Positions 1-8,536 of a stretch of 56,737 nt of DNA are shown here, piece after piece (the first letter of the stretch is position 1; each line of letters starts with the position of its first letter). Position numbers and translations under genes: made by a program. Source of the DNA: Alphaproteobacteria bacterium (lineage in GTDB: Bacteria > Pseudomonadota > Alphaproteobacteria > Paracaedibacterales > VGCI01); assembly GCA_021323455.1 (NCBI GenBank), contig JAJONN010000008.1, positions 1 to 56,737 of the forward strand, written 5' to 3'. Under the pieces are notes generated by a model. The model saw only the letters and a list, made by a program, of their open reading frames with translations. It had not been told where the DNA came from and ran no database searches.

Positions 1-74
1 ATTTTAAAACGCCTTCAGGGAAGAACAAAATAATTTCTTGTACAAAGAAATAAAAACTAAGAAAGGGTAAAAAT

Positions 75-827
75 ATGAGAAGAAAATCTGCCATTATGGC
101 TTTATTGGGATGCCTGTTCATCAACCTGTCTGGGGCAGCAACAGAATGCTTTATTGCCAAAGAAGGTGGGAAGATCCTTCAAAAAGAAGGGGACTGTGCG
201 CAAGCGTACTCCCCTTGCTCGACCTTTAAAATCGTGATTGCCCTGATCGGATATGACGAGGGTATTTTAAAGGATGCAACAACCCCAGCCTGGATTTATG
301 GGGAACAAGAAACCCTGAAAAGGGCTGTGTGTAAGGGCCAGCATACACCGTCTACGTGGATGAAAAACAGTTGCGTCTGGTATTCCCAAATGATCATGCA
401 AAAGGTGGGAATGGAAAAATTTAAAGGCTATGTGGAAAAGCTTCGTTACGGAAACCAGGATGTAGCAGGGGATGACGGAAAAGATAACGGCTTAACCCAG
501 GCTTGGCTGGAAAGTTCCTTAAAAATTTCACCAGAAGGCCAAGTCCATTTTTTGGAAAGCCTCATTCACTCCGCCTTACCCGTATCTGCGGAAGCCCAAG
601 CCTTTACGCGCGCGCTCATCAACCTGGAGGTATTGCCCAATGGCTGGCAGCTTTATGGGAAAACAGGCGGCGGAGACCGCCAGGGCTGGTTTGTCGGATG
701 GATCCAAAAGGGCAACCGGCATATTGTATTTGCGCAGTATATTGCCCAGAAAAAAGACGCCCCGAGTCCCTTGGGATTGGTTGCTAAAGAAAAGGTTAAA
801 GAGAAGCTGGCAGCGTTGCTTAAATAA
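75..827 (+). CDS. Class D (OXA-like) beta-lactamase, secreted
   Basis: It has an N-terminal signal peptide (MALLGCLFINLSGAA). All class D motifs occur in order: S-T-F-K (PCSTFKIV), S-x-V (NSCVWY), Y-G-N (RYGNQD), K-T-G (YGKTGGG) and W-x-x-G (WFVGW). The ~250 aa size fits. Confidence 0.85.
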   Translation: MRRKSAIMALLGCLFINLSGAATECFIAKEGGKILQKEGDCAQAYSPCSTFKIVIALIGYDEGILKDATTPAWIYGEQETLKRAVCKGQHTPSTWMKNSCVWYSQMIMQKVGMEKFKGYVEKLRYGNQDVAGDDGKDNGLTQAWLESSLKISPEGQVHFLESLIHSALPVSAEAQAFTRALINLEVLPNGWQLYGKTGGGDRQGWFVGWIQKGNRHIVFAQYIAQKKDAPSPLGLVAKEKVKEKLAALLK

Positions 828-988
828 CAGGGCATTGCCGCGATGCACGGCAAGGATTGAAAGATATATAACCCGTCTATTTATTGACATGACATCATCG
901 GTACGATGGAAGGGGCTGTTGAATCAGGAGACCGGTTTTCAGGTTTGTTTTAAAGACTAGGAAAAGCCTTGGAGCTTTTAGACTTGTC

Positions 989-1065
989 TGGTAGCGGAGG
1001 AGGGACTCGAACCCCCGACACGCGGATTATGATTCCGCTGCTCTAACCAGCTGAGCTACTCCGCC
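989..1065 (-). tRNA. tRNA with CAT anticodon (elongator Met, or Ile2 if lysidine-modified)
   Basis: The reverse complement folds as a 77-nt cloverleaf. The arms are acceptor GGCGGAG/CTCCGCT, D arm GCTC-AGCTGGTTA-GAGC, anticodon arm GCGGA-ATCATAA-TCCGC (CAT) and T arm GGGGG-TTCGAGT-CCCTC. CCA is encoded. Confidence 0.85.
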
Positions 1066-1208
1066 AAAGTAAAGTCAATATAGCGTTCTCCTTTTCTGGT
1101 GTCAAAGAAGATTTGATAATTTTTGAAGTAAGATACGCTTTTTAGCCTTTGGTTTCCTTATTTATTTTGTTGAGATGAAATGGGAGGAGACCCCGGCCTT
1201 AAAGGGCC

Positions 1209-1823
1209 TTAATGCTGGAAGATGTCAAATTCTTCCCCAGCCGTTAAGTCCATCGTGGCCCGATGGGGCAGAAAAGAAAAACAGGCTTCTGCTAAATTCG
1301 TTTGGTTTTCTCGTTCCAAAAGTGCATCAAGCTTGTCTTTGAGCGGATGTAAGTGAAGCACATCTGTTGCGGCGTAGCGCAATTGATCTGGTGTAAGATC
1401 TGGCGCGCCCCAGTCTGAGGTTTGCTCTTGTTTTGAGATCTCAATGGCAAGGAGTTCTTTGCACAAATCCTTGAGGCTATGTTTTTCTGTAAACGTCCGG
1501 ATCAGTTTTGAAGCAATCTTTGTGCAATAAAGAGGAGTTGCCATAATGCCAAGCGAATAAAATAAGATCATGACATCAAAGCGCGCAAAGTGAAAGATTT
1601 TGGTCGTTCCTGGATCTGCGAGCAGCTGCTTTAAATTATGTGCTTCTTGATATCTTTTTTGAGGAAACTGGACCAAGTGGCAAATCCCATCCCCAGCGGA
1701 AAGCTGAACCAGACATAACCGATCCCGATGGGGCTTCAGCCCCATAGCTTCTGTATCAACCGCAACCAGATTGCCCAAATGAAGCCCATCCGGCAAGTCG
1801 TTCTGGTGTAGGTGGATTTTCAT
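1209..1823 (-). CDS. rnd: Ribonuclease D-like 3'-5' exonuclease (DEDDy family, short form)
   Basis: The three exonuclease motifs are present: ExoI VAVDTEAMGL, ExoII KIFHFARFDV and ExoIII YAATDVLHLH. The ~200 aa single-domain form is common in alphaproteobacteria. Confidence 0.75.
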   Translation of the reverse strand: MKIHLHQNDLPDGLHLGNLVAVDTEAMGLKPHRDRLCLVQLSAGDGICHLVQFPQKRYQEAHNLKQLLADPGTTKIFHFARFDVMILFYSLGIMATPLYCTKIASKLIRTFTEKHSLKDLCKELLAIEISKQEQTSDWGAPDLTPDQLRYAATDVLHLHPLKDKLDALLERENQTNLAEACFSFLPHRATMDLTAGEEFDIFQH

Positions 1824-1884
1824 CAGCTTTTGGTCCTTTCTCTTGTCAGATCAGTAAATGTGAAGGAAACACCATGAGAGAACA

Positions 1885-1971
1885 TGGTGCCCAGAAGAAG
1901 ACTCGAACTTCCACGGGCTTTCGCCCACCAGCACCTGAAGCTGGCGCGTCTACCAATTCCGCCATCTGGGC
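1885..1971 (-). tRNA. tRNA-Leu (CAG)
   Basis: The reverse complement is GCCCAGATGGCGGAATTGGTAGACGCGCCAGCTTCAGGTGCTGGTGGGCGAAAGCCCGTGGAAGTTCGAGTCTTCTTCTGGGCACCA. It is an 87-nt type II tRNA with a long variable arm, anticodon loop TTCAGGT and encoded CCA. Confidence 0.9.
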
Positions 1972-2013
1972 TTATGTTAACGGCAAGACAAGCCTGTCTT
2001 TTTGATAAGGGTG

Positions 2014-2796
2014 TTATCCCTCCTTTGTCAAGAGGTAACTGGCAACAAGCTCTTGCAGCAGCCCCCATAAAACCCGTTTGTCTTCTTCCTGGGACAAGCG
2101 GTGCTCCCCAGATTTGACCAGCGTCAAGGTGACATCCTGGCTGGTCACTAACGCTGCTAATTGGTGGGAAGAGGATGCCGGAACGGTCATATCCTTTAAG
2201 CCATGAATCAAGCGAATGGGGATAGTGACGGCAATTGGATTGCCCAAAAGAAGATGCTTCCTGCCATCTTCAATCAATTTTTTTGTAATGGTCCATCCGT
2301 TCGGGTTATGTTCGGTTGGAACGAGAGTCCATCCTTGGTTCATGAGTTCATCTTGCTGGCTTTGCGTAAATTTTTGCCAGAGGAGGTCTTCCGTAAAATC
2401 GGGAGCAGGCGCAATCCCGAGCAAACTGACGATGCGACTTGGGCGACGTAAGGTCACAAGATGCGCTAACCATCCTCCCATGCTCGACCCGACGAGAATT
2501 ACAGCCCCTTGCGTGATACGGTCAATGATTTGGAGGGAATCATCCAGCCACTGACTGATTGTCCCCTCTTCAAATTGTCCGGAGGACTGGCCATGACCAA
2601 AGTAATCAAAGACCAAGAAACCAATACCTTTCTCTTGGCACAAACTTTCCAGGAATAGAACTTTTTCCCCCCTCATATCTGCCCGAAAGCCAGAAAGATA
2701 AACTACGGTTGGAAAATCCTGAAGGGGAGGCGTGTAACGATAGGCCAATCGACGGTAGGGATGCGTCGCTTCAAAATAAGCCGGAGAATCGGCCAT
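2014..2796 (-). CDS. Alpha/beta-fold hydrolase
   Basis: It has the nucleophile elbow G-S-S-M-G-G (VGSSMGGW) and a late His (SGEHRL). Length and layout are typical of the family. Confidence 0.75.
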   Translation of the reverse strand: MADSPAYFEATHPYRRLAYRYTPPLQDFPTVVYLSGFRADMRGEKVLFLESLCQEKGIGFLVFDYFGHGQSSGQFEEGTISQWLDDSLQIIDRITQGAVILVGSSMGGWLAHLVTLRRPSRIVSLLGIAPAPDFTEDLLWQKFTQSQQDELMNQGWTLVPTEHNPNGWTITKKLIEDGRKHLLLGNPIAVTIPIRLIHGLKDMTVPASSSHQLAALVTSQDVTLTLVKSGEHRLSQEEDKRVLWGLLQELVASYLLTKEG

Positions 2797-2890
2797 AGAG
2801 ACCTCTTTATTTCAAAGGTTTTTCCAGAGTATAGGGCACTCCAGAAGCTCTGGCAATAGAGGCTGTTGACGGCATTCTACCCAATTTAAA

Positions 2891-3661
2891 TTATGGAAGA
2901 TTTTTTTTACGAGTATGATTCGGGTGGAAAGATTGGAGGGATAATTCTTGCAAGCTGAGGCCTGTCCTTGCCTTTAACCGGGTAAGGTGGGTTTCAACCG
3001 TATTTTTGGACATTGAAAGGATAGACCCAATTTCTTTATATGACTTGCCTTCCTGCAAAAGCTGCAAGCAGAAGACCTCGTAAGTCGTTACATAATCTTT
3101 GGCACCTGCCCCGATAGGGAACCGGGCTGATCGTTTAGGCAAAAAGAATTTCTTGCGCTTTAGGTCTTGTATGGGTACCAAAGTTTTTATCGGCTTCTTG
3201 GTTATATTGTCAATAAGGTGCCGCGCTAAGGTGGGGAAAATTTCCACAAACTTTTGGAGTTCCTTTAAGATATTAAAATAATAGGAAAAAGGCGTTGGGT
3301 GGCATTCTGCCATGGCAAAGGTGGTACAATCATAAAAAACCTTTCGCCGATTGATGAACGTAATACCATGGTAAACCCTCTCGTTGTCATTGAGCAAGGG
3401 AAGGATGGATGTTTGTTGTTTTAACTCATCCCAAGAATAAATGGGGGATTGACGCGCCTGAAGAGGAATGCTGCGAAAAAATTCTGAAAAATTAGTTTCC
3501 AAAAGGTCTTTAAAGAAATCAGGATGGTTCGCAAGCGTTATGATGGAACCATTTTTATAGACCCTTTTAAATTGAAAATAAGAAAAACCTCTCGGACGAA
3601 GGAAGGGGCTGCAGATTTTATCAACTTCCCGAGCTGTGCAAGCTAAATTATCCGTATCCAT
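2891..3661 (-). CDS. LuxR-family transcriptional regulator (solo)
   Basis: The C-terminal LuxR/GerE HTH reads LLQEGKSYKEIGSILSMSKNTVETHLTRLKARTG. The N-terminal ~180 aa sensor-like domain is of unclear type. No luxI-type gene is nearby. Confidence 0.7.
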   Translation of the reverse strand: MDTDNLACTAREVDKICSPFLRPRGFSYFQFKRVYKNGSIITLANHPDFFKDLLETNFSEFFRSIPLQARQSPIYSWDELKQQTSILPLLNDNERVYHGITFINRRKVFYDCTTFAMAECHPTPFSYYFNILKELQKFVEIFPTLARHLIDNITKKPIKTLVPIQDLKRKKFFLPKRSARFPIGAGAKDYVTTYEVFCLQLLQEGKSYKEIGSILSMSKNTVETHLTRLKARTGLSLQELSLQSFHPNHTRKKNLP

Positions 3662-4029
3662 ACTATCTATCCATCAGCAGCATCCCCAGTTTTCCAAGGG
3701 CATAAAACCCTGAAAATAAAACGGAATTTATCTAACCTTCGCCGTTTGTAGTAAAACTTTTTTGTAAATTTCACCAAAACTCCTCGCTTAAGTTGCTTAA
3801 CATAAGCTTATGGAATTGTTTGTAGGGGAACATTCACGACGGGGATAAATTTTTGAGGAAAGCAACAGATCTCATCCTTCTTGAGAGTATCCATCAATTA
3901 GCATATTATGATATTTGTTATTTTGGATTGGTGCTTAAGCGAGAGCTTTCCTTAATAACGTTCGATGGAAACTTGAAAGACGCTGCAGACGAAGCTCGTC
4001 TTTATGCCTCATAACCTTTAGGATGCTCC

Positions 4030-5127
4030 ATGGCAAAAACCATCATCCTCTCCTCCGGTGGAACGGGGGGACATGTCTTCCCAGCCTTAAGCCTGGCCGC
4101 TGAACTACACGCCCACGGATACCACGTGGTCATTATGACAGATCACCGAGGCCAGGCCTTTCAACAAGCAGTCGGGGTTATGAAGGTCATATCTCTTCCT
4201 GTTTGGCGAGGCAAGGGGTATGCCCGGTTGGGGTCTATTTTGCTGTTCCTTGGCTTAACGGTTAGTTTTTTTGTTGCTCTGGGACATATGCTTCGCTTTC
4301 GGCCCCTTGCGGTTATCGGGTTTGGGGGCTACCCTTCCCTTCCAGCCGTATTGGCTGGAAAAGTGATGTGCCTTCCCACGGCGTTGCATGAACAAAATGC
4401 GGTTTTAGGACGCGCCAATCGCCTCCTTGCCAGGTTTGTCAAGCGCATTGCTGTTTCTTATCAAAACGTTAAGTTCACGGAAGCTTTTCAGGACAAGGTT
4501 ATCCTGACAGGGAACCCAGTGCGAAAATCCATTATTGCGGTTCGAGGAACCCCCTATCAGTCACCAGGGCCGGAAGGGCCCTTTCGGGTGTTGATTATTG
4601 GTGGGAGCCAAGGTGCCCGGATTTTCTCATCCGTCATTCCCAAGGCTTTGTGCGAATTGCCGCAAGAGCTGCGCCAACGCCTGGTTGTTGACCAGCAATG
4701 CCGCAAGGAGCTTTTGTATATAACCACAGAGGCTTATCGGCAGTCTGGTATTTCGGTAGATGTCCGCCCCTTTTTTGAAGATATGGACCGCTATCTGCGG
4801 GAAGCGCACCTGGTGATTGGACGAGCAGGCGCCTCTACGATTGCAGAGCTGACAGCGTCAGGGCGTCCCGCAATTTTGGTTCCCTTTGCAGCCGCAGCCG
4901 ATAACCACCAGCAAGCCAACGCAGCAGTGTTAGGAGAAAGTGGCGCTGCCTTGGTTGTTTTAGAGCGTGATTTTAACGCTGCCAACTTGCAAAAAATCCT
5001 GGTCAAGATTATGGGGAAAGATAAAATACTCAAAACCATGGCACAAAAAATGTACAGCTTGGGGCAACCGGATGCCACCGTAAAACTTGCGCAAATGGTC
5101 AGAGACTTGCTGTCGGAAGGCCCATGA
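4030..5127 (+). CDS. murG: UDP-N-acetylglucosamine--N-acetylmuramyl-(pentapeptide) pyrophosphoryl-undecaprenol GlcNAc transferase
   Basis: It has the N-terminal G-loop SSGGTGGHVFPAL and the C-terminal GRAGASTIAEL motif. Length is 365 aa. Confidence 0.92.
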   Translation: MAKTIILSSGGTGGHVFPALSLAAELHAHGYHVVIMTDHRGQAFQQAVGVMKVISLPVWRGKGYARLGSILLFLGLTVSFFVALGHMLRFRPLAVIGFGGYPSLPAVLAGKVMCLPTALHEQNAVLGRANRLLARFVKRIAVSYQNVKFTEAFQDKVILTGNPVRKSIIAVRGTPYQSPGPEGPFRVLIIGGSQGARIFSSVIPKALCELPQELRQRLVVDQQCRKELLYITTEAYRQSGISVDVRPFFEDMDRYLREAHLVIGRAGASTIAELTASGRPAILVPFAAAADNHQQANAAVLGESGAALVVLERDFNAANLQKILVKIMGKDKILKTMAQKMYSLGQPDATVKLAQMVRDLLSEGP

Positions 5128-5217
5128 AAACACCCTCAAAAAAGAGCTGCTAAAGAGGCCTTTATTTTCTTTTCACCTATCTATTACGTAGCACCCTCAA
5201 ATTTGTTATAGTCACAC

Positions 5218-5928
5218 ATGACCTACGACGTTATTAACTTCTGTGAGTTTTACTCGACGCCCCTTGGACAAGCAGCTGGGCATCAGATCCAAAGCTGCAT
5301 CCGTCAAATCTGGCCTGACCTCACAGGACAAACCATTTTGGGGCTTGGATACCCCTTGCCGTACCTCGACTTTTACCTGAAGCCTTCAGAATGCGTTTTT
5401 GCCTTTATGCCAGCCCAGCAAGGGGTTGTCTTATGGCCTGACATCGGCCTTCCCCGCATTGCTTTAACGGAAGAGGGGAGCCTTCCCTTGCCAGACCAGT
5501 CTGTTGACCGTATCCTGATGATCCATACGCTGGAGCATACCGAACAGCCGCGCCAGCTTTTGCGCGAAGCCTGGCGCATTTTGACTGGGCAGGGACGCTT
5601 ACTGATCATTGTCCCGAACCGGCGCAGTATGTGGGCGCATCTTGACAGCACGCCCTTTGGCCATGGCCAGCCCTATACCATGACCCAGATCACGACTTTA
5701 TTGAAAAGCAACCTGTTTACCCCTGTAGCCACGAAACGGGCCTTGTATATGGTTCCCAGCCAATCCCGGCTTATGATGGCATGCACCCCGTTTCTGGACA
5801 AGATTGGTAACCAGGTCTTGCAAAAATTTTCCGGCATTGTGTGCGTGGAGGCCATGAAACAAGTTTACGCCGGCACGCCGATCCGAACGCGCAAACACGC
5901 GCCCGCCCCTTCTCTTGTGGGAGTATGA
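5218..5928 (+). CDS. Class I SAM-dependent methyltransferase (Methyltransf_11-like)
   Basis: It has a motif I-like ILGLGYP and a post-I/II segment VDRILMIHTLEH...GRLLIIVPN. The substrate is unknown. Confidence 0.6.
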   Translation: MTYDVINFCEFYSTPLGQAAGHQIQSCIRQIWPDLTGQTILGLGYPLPYLDFYLKPSECVFAFMPAQQGVVLWPDIGLPRIALTEEGSLPLPDQSVDRILMIHTLEHTEQPRQLLREAWRILTGQGRLLIIVPNRRSMWAHLDSTPFGHGQPYTMTQITTLLKSNLFTPVATKRALYMVPSQSRLMMACTPFLDKIGNQVLQKFSGIVCVEAMKQVYAGTPIRTRKHAPAPSLVGV

Positions 5929-5948
5929 GTCCCTATTCCCTCAGACGG

Positions 5949-6830
5949 TCAGAAGGGTTCCGGGAGAATGAAGTCAGGCTCGCCTTTCCCTATCCGGAAC
6001 AAAGATACGGGGCCCAAAGAGACGTTGCCATCCTTGACTTTAAACGGCAATGTAATATCGTGAAGGCCGATTGTTCCCAGAAAATTACTGCTTGCCGTCA
6101 CAAGTTCCGCCTGGGAGGTGCCAACAACGCCTGCCGTTACCAGCGCCTTCATGATTTTATCAATATTCTTAACCTTAAGAGCCATCTCCCCTTCAACAAG
6201 CGGTTTTACCTTAAAAGCCCCCTCGCCGCTGAACCCAAAGGGTACACCATTGGAAAAGGACATTTCTGGCGCGTTGATTTTCAAGGAAAGACGTCGGAAG
6301 GCCATTTCATAAAGGAAATTAAAAGAAGCTTGGCTGCCAGAAAAAGCAAGGAGTGGCAACTGCACTTGCATACCTTTCAGCATCAGGTGGGAGACTTCCA
6401 CCCGTGTGGTGAGATCAGCTATAGTCAAAATCCCTTGCGCCTCTGCGACCTTAACTATTTCGGCTGACTTGATTTTTGTTGCTTCAATATGAGCCAAACG
6501 CCAATCGCGCCACCCTTGACGAACAGAGACCGTTTCAACAGTCACGGGCGTGTCGGGCGCATGGACTTGAAAATTTTTCAAAACCAGATGGCTTTGCAAC
6601 AAGGGCCAGGGAGAGACAGATAGGGATGCCACGGAAACAAAACCTTGCGAGTTGGCAATCTCCCTTTCCAAAACCTTTTTTAGAACCACGTGCTTTCCAT
6701 AATCAAAACCAATCGCCAGGATAGCGATCGCCAAAGCGCCCTGCATCGCCCATCGCCTCTTCTGCCTTTTCTCGGAAGTTATGAGACCAGCCATGATCTT
6801 TTCTTTTACTCTTTGGGTAATTTTGCGCAC
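5949..6830 (-). CDS. Hypothetical membrane-anchored protein
   Basis: One N-terminal TM segment (GALAIAILAIGF) is followed by a soluble domain. The ORF is longer and more protein-like than the antisense ORF 5841..6467. The start is uncertain: GTG at 6830 overlaps plsC, and ATG at 6794 is an alternative. Confidence 0.5.
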   Translation of the reverse strand: MRKITQRVKEKIMAGLITSEKRQKRRWAMQGALAIAILAIGFDYGKHVVLKKVLEREIANSQGFVSVASLSVSPWPLLQSHLVLKNFQVHAPDTPVTVETVSVRQGWRDWRLAHIEATKIKSAEIVKVAEAQGILTIADLTTRVEVSHLMLKGMQVQLPLLAFSGSQASFNFLYEMAFRRLSLKINAPEMSFSNGVPFGFSGEGAFKVKPLVEGEMALKVKNIDKIMKALVTAGVVGTSQAELVTASSNFLGTIGLHDITLPFKVKDGNVSLGPVSLFRIGKGEPDFILPEPF

Positions 6831-7516
6831 GCGCCTTCAATACGGGCCACCAATGTTTCCATAAATTCAGCCCGGGAAAGCCCCGGTTCAATGGGGGGAA
6901 GGAATTGCCAGGTAATGACGCCTGGGCGCTTGATCAAGCTGCGCCTTCCCCAAAACAGGCCAGAGTTCAAGGCAACAGGGATAACAGGCACATTCAGGTC
7001 CCGGTAGAGCGCCGCCACGCCTACCTGATAGTTCCCTGGTTTACCGTGAATGCTTCGCGTGCCTTCCGGGAAAATAACGAGCGGGCGACCCTCGGCCATC
7101 ACCCGGCGTGCGCCTTGTATCAGGCTTTTCAAAGCGCTGGCGCCCGCGCCCCGGTCAATGGCCACCATGCCCATCCGTTTAAAATACAGGTTAATGATTG
7201 GAATCCATGTCAGCTCCCGCTTTAACGCAATGGCAGGGCGGTTGAGCAACAGGTGAAAAATTAGGGTCTCCCAGGCGGATTCGTGCTTACAAGCGATCAC
7301 ACAAGCGCCCGCGGGCAGGTGTTCTATCCCCTCAACACGCCAGGACAGACCGACAATCACTCTTAGCAGTCCCATCGCTACCTTTACCCAGATGCGCCCT
7401 GCCCAAAAAATGGCGCCCCGCGGCAATAGCATGAGGGGCAAAAAAACAACCATAATAACAAAAGAAACGATATACAATGACGCATCAAATAAAACTGACC
7501 GAATGAACCTTCCCAT
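6806..7516 (-). CDS. plsC: 1-acyl-sn-glycerol-3-phosphate acyltransferase
   Basis: It has acyltransferase block I (CKHESAWE) and block III (FPEGTRS). An N-terminal TM helix is present. Confidence 0.8.
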   Translation of the reverse strand: MGRFIRSVLFDASLYIVSFVIMVVFLPLMLLPRGAIFWAGRIWVKVAMGLLRVIVGLSWRVEGIEHLPAGACVIACKHESAWETLIFHLLLNRPAIALKRELTWIPIINLYFKRMGMVAIDRGAGASALKSLIQGARRVMAEGRPLVIFPEGTRSIHGKPGNYQVGVAALYRDLNVPVIPVALNSGLFWGRRSLIKRPGVITWQFLPPIEPGLSRAEFMETLVARIEGACAKLPKE

Positions 7517-7604
7517 GGTGAACCCTCTTTTATGATGGGGGAATTGTGGGTCAATCTGCTGGGTTTTGCAATGGTTTAATCACGGCACAACAGCTCCCTT
7601 AAAC

Positions 7605-7640
7605 AAAAAAACCCTGCGCCGAAGCGCAGGGTTTCTTTTA
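7605..7640 (-). terminator. Rho-independent terminator (bidirectional shape) downstream of the OMP gene
   Basis: The stem CCCTGCGC (7612-7619) pairs with GCGCAGGG (7624-7631) around loop CGAA. It is flanked by A7 on the plus strand (U7 on the minus-strand transcript) and by TTTCTTTT on the other side. Confidence 0.65.
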
Positions 7641-7661
7641 CTGTTTCTAGGAAAAAAATCC

Positions 7662-8360
7662 TTAGAACTTGTAGGACAGACCCACTTTACCAGACTGGCT
7701 GCGGATCGTTCCAACTTGGGAAAACGCACTTGCACGGCTACCACTTGTCGCCCGAACGCTTGGTCCAAATTCATATGTATATTCAACACGCAAATAAACA
7801 TTTTTATGAACAGCTGTCTCCAAACCAACGCCTGGCACAAAGGAAAAGCGGTTCTTGGAGCCGCTTCCTGGGTTCGCGTTAGCAAAAGTCAGAGAATCAT
7901 TCAACGTCCACTTACCCCAGTTGCCACCCAAGCGAACATACATCATCGTATTGGGCGTGAACAAGTAACCGCCGCGCAAAGCAGCATTAAAGTACCCATT
8001 GCGCTTTAGAGTTGCTGAACCGGTACCTTGTAACAGAGCTCCTGCCCCTTGTTGACCGAGGGTAGCGTTAATTTTTGAATTTTCAAAAGTATAGCCAACT
8101 TCGCCGCCAAAGTAGGTGCAACCGGATACCCAGCCATACCCTGCCATGATACCAATGTTCGCCGCATTGCCACCAACATCTGCAGAACCAGGAACAGCTG
8201 TAACAACACCAGCCGCGGTTTGCGTTTGTGCTGTAAATTTACCCGTTGTTGATCCATACCCAGCAGCAGCGCCGAGGTAGAACCCTGTCCCGATGTTCGC
8301 GCTGGCGGCACCAGCAGCAACTGTGCTGGCAACGAGAGCTAAAGCTAATTTTTTCATCAT
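7662..8360 (-). CDS. Outer-membrane beta-barrel protein (OmpA-like/Omp25-type porin family)
   Basis: It has a signal peptide ending ASA and alternating Gly/aromatic beta-strand composition. The C-terminal signature is ...VGLSYKF. Confidence 0.8.
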   Translation of the reverse strand: MMKKLALALVASTVAAGAASANIGTGFYLGAAAGYGSTTGKFTAQTQTAAGVVTAVPGSADVGGNAANIGIMAGYGWVSGCTYFGGEVGYTFENSKINATLGQQGAGALLQGTGSATLKRNGYFNAALRGGYLFTPNTMMYVRLGGNWGKWTLNDSLTFANANPGSGSKNRFSFVPGVGLETAVHKNVYLRVEYTYEFGPSVRATSGSRASAFSQVGTIRSQSGKVGLSYKF

Positions 8361-8536
8361 TATCTCCTTTAAGTTTCTATTGTTTTAAGATCAGACCTTC
8401 TTTGAAGACCCTGATCTTTCCTAACGTTTACACAAGACCAGTTTTACCGATTGGGAGTGCTTGAAGCAACATTTTGTACCCTTTGTCAAGGGAGAAAATT
8501 TAAAAGTGTGGCTTGCAGGACACAACAAGACCCAAC

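Noticed and set aside
835-853. The hairpin TTGCCG-CGATGCA-CGGCAA as a terminator of the beta-lactamase gene.
   Set aside because: It has only 6 bp and no downstream U-tract, which is too weak to call.
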